Positions 1 to 11,091 of a stretch of 50,426 nt of DNA are shown here, one piece after another. The notes under the pieces are model-generated. The model did not search any database. It was given only the letters and a program-made list of their open reading frames with translations, and had not been told where the DNA came from. This DNA is from Convolutriloba macropyga (taxonomy: Eukaryota), in contig NW_027450919.1 of the NCBI RefSeq assembly GCF_964194025.1, forward strand, positions 1 to 50,426, read 5' to 3'. The position numbers were made by a program, and so were the translations under genes. Each line of letters starts with the position of its first letter. The first letter of the stretch is position 1.

Positions 1-1705
1 CTGTGTAATAAATAAACGTGAATGCCGGCACCAACGAGACGGATCGTCGACTGCGGTCAGCGGTACTATCCTCGTTTATCACTTATTATGAGTAGGGTAG
101 GTACCTAAGTAGGTTGCCTTTTTTTCACCCCCGGGAGAAGCACCAAGGTTGCTATCCTACCTCTACAGTACTAGCCATATATAATTATAGCGACATGCCC
201 GCGATGGTAGTAGCAGGAGGACTCCTGGTAGTAGGGTACTGTACCTACCTACTACCTACGCACGAGTCTCAACAAAAGGATAAGGCCGATATCCGTACAG
301 TACGAGGACCCGGCCTACCCACCTAATAAAAGTAGAGATAGTAGCTGTCCTCAGGACTGTAATAATCAACCTCTCACAGCTCCAAGTAGAGATCAGGGAT
401 AGTTGTTTCAGGATCAGGTTGTTGTGGATAGCGATAGTCGTTTCAGGTCGCGACTCACGACTCGCGGATGCCGATTGCCGTGCTGAGTGGGGCGTGCCTA
501 CGAGAATACAGTACTGCTTGGGCGCTGGCATGCCCGATCTGCCAGCGGGCCGCGAAAGAGATCGGGGCACATGCATGACGTCATACCTACTGTACGAGTA
601 CTGCCTACCTGGTCATACTAGCTCGTACGTATCATACCTAGGGTACCTACCCTACCTGTTTAACCTGTGGCAATTGGTTAGTTAGTCAGCCACATATGGT
701 TTCGATCTGATGGACCACCACTCACCAGCCACAAAGTGACTTCGCGATTAACTATTAAAGTACTAACGGGTGATTACGCCGGGTACGTTATTAACCGTAT
801 CAAAATCAGGGTACACTCTCAAGAATTTAGAATACAAATATATCCGAATAATAAACGCAAATATGCCGGTGGCCACAAAGCATGTTACGTACCACTATAT
901 TATAGCAAAAGATTAAAAAAGAATTAAACAATTTACAAACACCAGTGATCACGATTCACGACCAGAAGTTTATAATTTAGTACTGAAGGCTGTAGGTAGG
1001 TACCTACCCCCTACCCAGCGATACCGACACCCTACATCTATGGACACCCTGCTACGTAGGGTATGAGCAGGAGGAACCTGGAACCTGATATCCTGGTACG
1101 AGTAAGAGTAGGGTCCCTACCTACCTAGAGTACCCAGGTCAAGCTTTGTCTATCTATTGGCCTACCAGTAGAAGCGTACAAATTTGCAGCTATCTACATC
1201 CCCATGTACGAGTACAAATGTGTACGTACTGCCAAATTAATTTATTTACTACCTTCACTCACTCTCCTACACAAAGGAACCCAACCCTACACAAAGTAAG
1301 CAAGGAATCTACCCAGGCAAGGGGCCACTCACGCCTGTACCTATACCCTACCTGCGGCATCAAGATCAAACTGTACACCCGCCCGGCCAGCGGGTACATG
1401 TACGCGTGTGGGACAACAAATGTAACGCGCGTGTCTCCCTAGTCCCTAGTCCCTAGTACTCCCTAGTCCATCTACACTGTACATGTACGTATCGGGAAGG
1501 GTGGGCATGCACATTGCACCGTACACACGGTCATTTATCCCTACCCTACTCATACTAAAAGCCCTCGCCCTCGGCCTCGGCCCCTCTGTAACAATCCACT
1601 CATACTCGTACTCAAAGCCAAATTGGGTCGATGCAATCACAAATCGCATGTTTGGTTTTGTTTTCATACAGTAGGCTCATGGTAGTCTCTGCTGATGAGT
1701 CGGGG

Positions 1706-1710
<5 letters not shown>

Positions 1711-1739
<29 letters not shown>
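1711..1739. repeat. (GT)n microsatellite, representative of many (GT)n/(CT)n/(CCAT)n and poly-C/poly-G tracts in host introns and intergenic DNA
   Basis: Further examples at ~3634, 4856, 6042, 29417, 31127, 37145, 43757, 44668, 46327, 46427, 48512 and 50189. Confidence 0.95.
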
Positions 1740-1741
<2 letters not shown>

Positions 1742-2973
1742 AGTGATTCTTTCCGCCGGGACATGCCATGCCCCGCCGACCATGATGGTCGGTCTAGAAA
1801 ACCCTGCCCCACTGGGATATATCGCTGGATCATATGCACGGAAGATGAATGCCTACTAGTACGCGCACATGTAAGTACGAGTACTGGGCTACCTGCACCG
1901 CGTACATGCATGCACCTACAGGCTACAGCCTACGGTACTCGTCCCTACGGGTAGGGTACCTCCGTGTCCTCCTGCTGAGAGCCTGAGACTACTACGAGTA
2001 TAGGGTAGGTACGAGTAGTAGGTAGGTAGGTACCCTAGCTGCTGCGATACCTATACAATGCTGATATGACATGCACATGTGATGTGTGCGCTGAATACTG
2101 ATCAGCTGATGCCTGCACACCGGATAAAGACGCGGCGTCCGTGTGAGGCCTGATCGGGGCCACCCAGGCCGGGGCCAGGACACGCCCAACAGAGGAGGTA
2201 TGTATGGCTACCCCATGTGGCTAGGGTAGGCAGGGTACGTAGGGGATATCGATCGGGGGTTGCAAGGTCACGGTCACAAGTCTAGACCGTACTTTAATCT
2301 CGACCCTAGTCTAGACTCTAGACCGTACTTGAAGATAAGTAGGTAGTAGGTACCATAGCAGTATCTCACATCCCTCACTCCTTTCCTGTACGAGTATTCT
2401 TATTTAAAAATTACATTCGCGCGGGCCCACCAGAGGGTTCTGGCCCGAGGTAGGGTAGATAGAGTAGCAGTTATCCAAGTCAGCAGCGCGTACGCGCGGC
2501 AGGAGCAAGCGCCGGCGAAGACCGAGTGCATGCCTGCAGTGCATGAGATCGGTTGACTGCCAAGACGCCGCTTCAGCTACACTGACAAAGTTCAACGGCA
2601 CGCGCAGCCCCACCCGTCACTCGACTAAACATTCGCGAGTCTGCTACTGACTCGGCTTCGTCACTTGCCTGGGACCGCCGCCTCTCCGGTCGTCCCTCAG
2701 ACCCGCTGAATCCCACCGTCCCGTTCTCAGGACGGACGCCGCGGCTTCTGACACCCGCCCCCTTCCTCCCCTCCCCTCCCCTCCCCTCCGCTCACAGCGC
2801 CCGGGTTGATCACATACAGCGTATGTCGGTAGTGATTGAAGGCCAGGCACCATGAGGTAGGCGGCTGACGGACTGCCTGACTTGTTGAGAGGAAGGAGGG
2901 ATAGAGACAGACGGACCAACATTCGGACACATAGGATCGCCTCCACATTCCTCTCCTGCAGCAGCCACAACTT

Positions 2974-3105
2974 NNNNNNNNNNNNNNNNNNNNNNNNNNN
3001 NNNNNNNNNNNNNNNNNNNNNNNNNNNNNNNNNNNNNNNNNNNNNNNNNNNNNNNNNNNNNNNNNNNNNNNNNNNNNNNNNNNNNNNNNNNNNNNNNNNN
3101 NNNNN
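2974..3105. other. Assembly gap (132 N)
   Basis: Run of n. It interrupts the 5' coding region of the glycosyltransferase gene. Confidence 0.99.
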
Positions 3106-4853
3106 ATCACTATGATGGCTCAAAACGCGGCTCAGCGGGATCAGGTCGCAACACTATCCTCATGTGTCTTGCGGTCCTTGTGGCGTACCCTTACGGACGA
3201 TACATAGGGTGGCACCTCGCTGGAAGGGGGGTCATCCGCCATGAGGCGACAGTAAAAGTCACAGTCAGCAACAGAGCACTCGGCCCGGCAAAGATGCCCG
3301 CCGGCAAAGATGCCCTGAAGAGCCTGTCAGGGTCAAGCCCAGCAACGCATCTTGAGAATGTGCCGCCTGCTGCTGACCAGCCTGCGGGGCCTGACATCAC
3401 CATCATCGGCTTCACCAACTATGGCATGCTGGACTTTGCCCTCAACTGGCTGTGGCACGTGCGCGAGGCCATCGGGACGGCAGAGATGGAGGAGAGGCTG
3501 CTGATGTATTGCGTGGGCGAGGACACCAAGGCTGCGCTGGTGGCGAGCGGAATGGTCACGCAAGCGATGATCAGGTGAGGGACGGCGGCGTCGAGTCTCG
3601 TGAAAGAGGGAGGGAAGGGGGGAGGGACGGATGCACACACACACACACACACACACACACACCGGGGCGTTAGGCGGGGCATGGGCCCAGGGAGCTCGGG
3701 GGCGGAAGGAGAGTAGGCGGCAGACGGGTTGAGAGGCACAGTGGCGATGAGTTGGCTTCAGTCCCCTCCTCTTCTTTTTTTTGTTTGCTGAATGCCGTCC
3801 CCCGCTTCCCCTTACAGGGACGGGACAATCGGTGCCACCGGCCTTGGCCACGGAGAAGCCAAAGAGGTCTGTCCCAAGTCGCAGCCCCGTCGCCGGACAA
3901 TTTTTTGATCTGCACGCACCAATTGCAACAACACCGAAAAGCGGTCCTGGCCATCCCACTATGCTTCCTCTCATGATGTTGTGCCGCTGTGTCCCGAATT
4001 TCTGAACGGAATTGCCTGCATGCCTCACTGTCCGCACCGGTGGCCGTGGCCTCTCGTCCCCGCAGGGCTTCAAGTACGAGTCCAAGGGCTTCAACAAGCT
4101 GGCGGCCCAGAGGCCTCACATCCTGCTGGCTGCCATCAACGAACGCAAGTCCGTCAGCAGGGCCGTGCTGTACTCCGACATGGACGTGGCGTGGCGGTCC
4201 AACCCTCTGCCGGAGCTGCGCAAGTACCTGGACTCGTACGACGTTGTGGGGCAGAGGGACGACTACCTGATCTGTACGGGGCTGTTCATGTTCAGCACCA
4301 GGTGGGGCGCGTTGGCCGCTGCTTTCACCGGATGTAGAGGGCAGAGATGCCGGGGGCGGTAAGCTGCCGAGACAGACCGGCCGACAGCCTCCCGCACCTG
4401 GGTAAGGTCGGACGTGAGAGGGTCCGGCACAGGCTTGGGGGGGGGAGGGGGCGGTCAGCAGCCAGCTTTGCTGAGGCTTCCTCTGCCTGTGCACAGCAAC
4501 GCCGAGGTGCCGACGCTTCTGACCTCGTGGGCGAAGACCATCGAAAGCGGTGACGTCGTGAACCAATATGAGTTCAACAACATGCTCAAGGTCGCCACCC
4601 CTACCCCTGGCCTGTCCCATCCTGCTGCAGCACACCACAGCGCACTTTCATGGGGGAGCGAAAGGCACCACCCATTCACCCTTCTGCCTCTATCTCTGCA
4701 CCATTCCATTCACGCCAGACCCTGTCTAATAGCCGCCGGCCGTCCGTTCCCGGCTTCTTGGCATGTTTGTCCCGATAAATGTTGCCGGCGTCTGGACAAC
4801 CCCGTGGAGATCCACATAGGCATGGCGTGGCCTGAAAGGAAAAGCTTGGAGGA

Positions 4854-4891
<38 letters not shown>

Positions 4892-6038
4892 TCATGGGTC
4901 TGCCCATCTATCCAGCACCTGACTGCCTGCGAGTCTATATGTCTGCACGCGCTGTCCATCCATCAGTGCCAGTTCCCACATGACAGCCCACCAGAGATTC
5001 TGCCTACCGGTCGGTCCCCAGCCTTGGCTGCGCGGAAGTCCTCAAGGGAGGCCCTTCGGCGTGTTTGTTTCTGCCTGGGCACCTCTGCTTCCGGCAGCCA
5101 AGCTTTGCCTTGGGGGACGGTCAGACGAGACCGAGGAGAGGAGAGGAGAGGAAGGGATGTGGGAGGCTCAGTGCCTCTCTTCCTGTCCCAGGGACCTGTG
5201 CTGACACAGTGTTTTGTTCACCTGCGCTCGGCAGAAGCACCCTTCTATCAGAGTCCAGGGCCTTCCCCACGAGACCTTTCCCTCCGGCCTTGAATTCTTC
5301 CACAAGCACAGGCACGCGACAACCGCCATCACGGTGCACGCCAACTACTTCCAGGGGCAGGTCGCCAAGCGAGACAAGCTGCGGAGCGCGGGCGTGTGGG
5401 AGGACGTCCCTATACCCGGCACCAAGGCTAAAACCATGGCACAGGAAGGAGCGGTTGGGCGGGAGGATGCGGATGACGAGGAGGTTCTAGCCCCTCTGCA
5501 TGCGCCACCCGCTGCCATGGTCACGGCCGGGCCCGACATCACCATCATCGGCTTCACCAACTATGGCATGCTGGACTTTGCCCTCAACTGGCTGTGGCAC
5601 TTACGCGAGGCCATCGGGACGGCAGAGATGGAGGCGAGGCTGCTGATGTATTGCGTGGGTGAGGACACCAAGGCGGCGCTGGTGGCGAGCGGAATGGTCA
5701 CGCAAGCGATGATCAGGTGAGGGACGGCCGGGCCAGCTCTCACACGTGTGCGCCAGCAGGAGCGAGCGAGGGAGGGAGGGTGAGAGAGGGGCACGTGGGA
5801 GAGACCTGTCCAGCGAGGCGCTGCTAAAACTGCTCTGGACCGAACGGTTCTACAGATCATTGGGGCAAGGCTTGCATGTGGAGAAGGGGAATGGGTCTCT
5901 GGTGCTGTTGCCGAGCTGGTGTGGAATGCTGTCTGTGCAGAGATGGCACGATCGGAGGCACGGACCTCGGGCGTGGGGAGGCCACCGAGGTGCGGCGCAC
6001 TGCGTCTTGCTTTCCGCTCTCACGTGCCACTGCCCACT

Positions 6039-6082
<44 letters not shown>

Positions 6083-9037
6083 GCTCTCGCTCTGTTGTTC
6101 CCAAAAGATGTATCCTGTTGAGAGGAAGGGCTTGCCCATCCCTGCTGAGCTGAGGAAGCTATGCTGATTGTGCTCTGCCCCCCCCCCCCCCCCCCCCCGC
6201 GCCTGCGCCTCGGGTCACCACAGGGCTTCCAGTACGAGTCCACGGGCTTCAACAGGCTCGCGGCCCAGAGGCCCCATATCCTGCTGGCTGCTATAGCCGA
6301 ACGCAAGTCCGTCAGCAGGGCCGTGCTGTACTCCGACATGGACGTGGCGTGGCGGTCCAACCCTCTGCCGGATCTGCGCAAGTACCTGGACTCGTACGAC
6401 GTGGTGGGGCAGAGGGACGACTACCTGATCTGTACGGGGCTGTTCATGTTCAGCACCAGGTGGGGCGCGTCGACCTCCCCCCCCCCCCCCCCCTCTTCCC
6501 TAGAGCCTGGCCAGGGTGGGATGCGCTGATGGCGGCAAGGGGCTCCCCTCCCTTCCCTGCGAACTACCTGCCGCAGGGCCCAGTACATGGCTTGAGAGAC
6601 CAAGAACAGAGCAGCAGAGGGGCAGGCCGGTCAGGTTGAAGGGGGTTAGGAGTAATGGCCACCAGACGAGCTCGGCCCGGGGACGAGGGACTGACTGCTG
6701 TGCTTTAACTTGCTGTCCCCCATTCGCTCAGCAACACGGAGGTGCCGGAGCTTCTCAGCGAGTGGGCGAAGATCATTGCGAGCGGATTGGTGGTCAACCA
6801 GTATGAGTTCAACAACATGCTCAAGGTCTCTCCCCCCACCCCCACCCCCACCCTCCCACAGGGATCCTGCCTCCGAATCAGCTCTGCCACCCTGGGATGA
6901 GGCTTTGTGCTACTGGACGTAGCACCAGCTGCGAGGACCCGAATTTCCCGCAAGGGCTATTTCGCACAGAGGCCGAGCGATGGGGGGAGGGGAAGCGAGG
7001 GCCAGTGCCAGGGGCAGCGCTCCATCACGTCCTCGCTCATGCCAGCGCCCGGCCCTGGTAGACGTGGGCAGCTGAGGACCTGATACCATCACCCAACCGT
7101 CCCAGCCCGTCCCCACAAACCGGCGGCTCCTCCCAGCGAGCGCACGTGCAAGCGCAGTGTCCTTTCTAGAGAGGTTGGGGCCGCACTGACGCCCCCTCCC
7201 TCCCTTTGCCCATGGCTCTGTGCGCTGCAGAAGCACCCTTCCATCCGGGTCCAGGGCCTCCCACACGAGACCTTCCCCTCCGGCCTGGAGTTCTTCCACA
7301 AGCAGAAGCACGCCAGCACCGCCCTGACGGTGCACGCCAACTATTTCCAGGGGCAGAAGGCCAAGCGTGAGAAGCTGAGGAGCGCCGGGCTGTGGAAGGA
7401 CATCCCGATCCCAAGCAAGGAAGACGCGGTCGCCGCGGTCCCTCTGCAGCACGTGGCACCTGTCAGGGGCCCGCCTGGGGGGCCCGACATCACCATCATC
7501 GGCTTCACCAACTACGGCATGCTGGACTTTGCCCTCAACTGGCTGTGGCACGTGCGCGAGGCCATTGGGCCAGCAGAGATGGAGGCGAGGCTGCTGATGT
7601 ATTGTGTGGGCGACAACACCAGGGCCGCGCTGCTGGCGAGCGGAATGGTCACGCAAGACATGATCAGGTGAGGCCCAGCCGTGTGCTTCTGTGTTCACCC
7701 AACATTTTGTCGCTGCCATGTTGTACTTCTGCCGTCATGTGATGCTTCTGGTGGATGAAACTCTGACTGCGGTGGTGGCGGCGCTTTGCCCTGTGTTTCC
7801 TGGACCCCCGCAGGGATGGAACAGTGGGAGGGACTGATCTCGGACATGGAGAGGCTAACGAGGTCCGCCGCGCTTCACATTCCTCGATCAGTATCGCAGT
7901 CCCGTGTTTCTGATTTGCGCATTGTGTAGTGTCTGACGCCCTTCTGAGCTGCGTGGAAAACCCTCACCGGCCCCGACGCCTGCCCCCCTTGGCTGCTGCC
8001 TTGCCACTCGTCCCCGCAGGGCTTCAAGTACGAGTCCAAGGGCTTCAACAAGCTCGCGGCCCAGAGGCCTCACATCCTGCTGGCTGCCATCAACGAACGC
8101 AAGTCCGTCAGCAGGGCCGTGCTGTACTCCGACATGGACGTGGCGTGGCGGTCCAACCCTCTGCCGGATCTGCGCAAGTACCTGGATTCGTACGACGTGG
8201 TGGGGCAGAGGGACGACTACCTGATCTGTACGGGGCTGTTCATGTTCAGCACCAGGTGGGGCGCTCAGGTTTCATTGCACCGAATCCGCGCCAGCGTTTT
8301 TGTGGCATTCAAAGGGAGACCAAGGAGAGGGGTCTTGGTGGGGCACAGCTAATGCATGTCGGCAGGGGCTCGACTGTGTAGGGGCAGGGGACGCGAGGAG
8401 AGAAAGGGGCCAGCGGAAAGGCAGAGGGACCCTTTGGGCAGGTGAAGTCAAAAGGGCGGATTTCGCACCGGCGGGGGAGGGTGGGACGGCATGCCCTTGC
8501 CTACTATGTTGACTCTCATGACTCACTCCTTTGCCCTCCTCTGTCGCTCAGCAACGCCGAGGTGCCGGTGCTTCTCAGCGAATGGGCAGAGATCATCTCG
8601 AGCGGAACGGTGGTCAACCAGTACGAATTCAACAACATGCTCAAGGTGCGTCGCTCTCCCCTTTCATGCCTGCCTGGCCCTTTTGGCCAGTCCCTGCTAC
8701 GGCGGCATGAGGCCCCGTCTACCCGCTTCGCTGTGCCACCCAGCATCCCCCACTGTCAGCCTGTCCCCTCATAGATCCACACACCGGGTAGCGCCCGCGA
8801 GATACTGACTTGAGAACTGCCTCGCTGCCACGACTCGGCGCTCTGCAGAAGCACCCTTCCATCCGGGTCCAGGGCCTCCCGCACGAGACCTTCCCCTCCG
8901 GCCTGGAGTTCTTCCACAAGCAGAAGCACACCGACACGGCGCTGACGGTGCACGCCAACTACTTCCAGGGGCAGAAGGCCAAGCGTGAGAAGCTGCAGAG
9001 CGCCGGGCTGTGGAAGGATATCGCTATCACAGCCTAG
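3106..9037 (+). CDS. Triple-domain nucleotide-diphospho-sugar transferase (GT77 / Nucleotid_trans-like glycosyltransferase), type II membrane protein, multi-exon
   Basis: Phase-consistent GT-AG exons: <3106-3574, 3818-3866, 4066-4301, 4497-4590, 5235-5716, 5941-5989, 6224-6459, 6732-6825, 7231-7667, 7814-7862, 8020-8255, 8552-8645, 8849-9037 (TAG). Each of the three units has IIGFTNYGMLDFALNWL, the DxD motif LYSDMDVAW, ICTGLFMF, NQYEFN, FPSG and VHANY...K..KL.SAGLW, which is the GT77 motif order. An N-terminal hydrophobic anchor TILMCLAVLVAYPYG is present. The frame is open into the gap; a possible start mini-exon ATGAG|gtagg lies at 2852. Confidence 0.88.
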
Positions 9038-11091
9038 CCACCGTTGGCTGTTTCCTGCATTACACGATACGGTAGACCGTTTCCCAACTAGCAATAGCCC
9101 TCCTTCCCCCCCCCCCCCCCCCCCCCCATTGTCTCTTTCCCTCTGCTGTTACAGTCCAACCCTGCGCTCAACCAAAGGCCTGGAAGGTGGACTGCTCGGC
9201 CTTAGCCATGACAGAGCCACGTCATGGCATGGCACGCACAGCTACAGGACAGAATAATGTCAGCCAAGTTTATTCATCATGTGAATCGGGAATCTGCCGC
9301 GTCCGATCGCTGCCAACCCTCAGCGGAGGTTTTAGGGGGGTGATTATTTTTTAAGATATATTGATAGCAAGCGTCGCTTCCAAGGGCAGCCACTTATCGC
9401 GCAAAAACCCACCAGGAAGGATTCGCGCACCGCGAGGGAAACAGTCGTGCACCATCTTGTCCTGTCCTGTCCTGTCCTGTCCTGGCCTGTGCTGTGCTAC
9501 AGAGAGAGGGCATGGCGAGAGTGCTGAACAGGACGGGATGGCTGTTGCCATGGCCAGTAACCAAGACGTGCTATGAAATTTGTGCTCAGAGGCACTGACA
9601 ATACACTCGCCGAGACCAAGCCACCTCGTGCATGTCTGCCCTGAACGTCATATATTGCGGCCGCTGCGTGCATTTCTGTCCGATTTCGCCGCCGCTGGGG
9701 AGCTGTACCGTGTCTGTAGCAGCATCCTGCCATTTCCGGGCAGCTGAGGCCTGGTGACCAATTCCACACGGACCCATTTCATCCTCATGGTAGGTGAGAG
9801 AGACAGCAGATTAAAATTCAAGGGTCCCAGAGAGCTGCAGTGGCGGTTTCAACGCAAGATCTGAGTCCATGGTAGCCCCGCACGCCAGGGGGAGTCCTGG
9901 CCGGTTGGAAAGCTCCCATTGTATACCAGGCAGGGTGGCAGGTTCTGGCAGCTTCCCCACTCTGTCCCCTCCCCTGGACACGTCCTTGGTCCCTGACCTG
10001 TTCCGTGCCGGTTGTTCCCCCCCCCCCCCCCCCCCCGCCTTTGCTCGCCATATGAGATTCGTCGATGTAGTGCGATTCACTGTCCGGTGGCCGGTAGGGT
10101 ACTCGTGGAACTGGGTAGGTGCAACACCTGGGGCCTCCGGCGCAATGTGCAACCGCACCTGGCGGACTGGCCGACTGTACGCGAGTGTACATTCACTGAT
10201 GTATCCAGCTAAATTTTTTAAATTACACAGCATGCCTTCTCATGTACCGTGTACGGCATGTGTACAGTGTATAACCCGCGTACCGCGCCGGGATCTTACA
10301 AAAGTATCCGTATCCGGGGAAACTGCAGCACTGGCCTCCCCAGCGGCCAGCGCGTAATAAGTCCTTTAGTAGCTAGTAGTAGTAAATGGTAGAGCTACAG
10401 TACTCGTAGAACGAGCGATGGCTATACCCAACGGCCAACGCGTGGCACCGGACGGTCGACTAGCGATACCTCGAGTGCTCTCCCGAACAGCTTGGTGTCG
10501 GAGAGTTCGTTTCGCGAATGTGGAAAGTTAGACCGCGTGCAGCTAGATCCTATCCCTACAGAACAGCGTAAATAGCAGTTCTTTCTCCATTCCTCCATCC
10601 CCAGGCAGTCCTGCGAGCCTCCACCAGCGCGGTGGCGACTGGCCCCAACTCGATAGGAGTACACCATGGTGAGCTCATATCGCCATGCCATGTATCACCG
10701 TGCAGTGTGATAACATGTCCTCTTGGTATACTAGCTAGCTGGGTGCCTCAGTCACAGTTTCCGCCACTCGAGGTCGCGCACGAGTCCAAGATTGACCGTT
10801 TCAGAGCCTCGTGCACGAGCCTACAATTATACAGATATCGCGAACCGGTGCCTTGAGAGGACGGGGTTAGTTAGGGTTGGTGAACTTTGTGCTTCTGGAT
10901 GTTCCGTGACCGGCGTACGGGGGGCCCGGGTCCGTGCATGGCGTACGCGTTGTGCAAATCCAGTGCAAGCTGCCGGTCGACGGACCACTGGCGTCCTCCC
11001 TGTGACTTGCTGACAACTCCCGCCGCTGACCCGTGTGAACATTCAGGGACGACGATCCGACGCGGGTCACACCTGGGATCCGACTGAGTTT

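Noticed and set aside
1683-1712. Hammerhead-ribozyme-like core (GTC...CTGATGA...GAAAC)
   Set aside because: Only 4 nt separate GTC from CTGATGA, so there is no stem I, and stem II lacks the closing G-C pair. It cannot fold as a canonical hammerhead.
9300-10340. Possible MITE/TE fragments between the glycosyltransferase and p25-alpha genes (also AT-rich patches at ~740-980 and ~16740-16970)
   Set aside because: The composition is suggestive, but no matching termini, TSD or coding remnant could be identified within the window.
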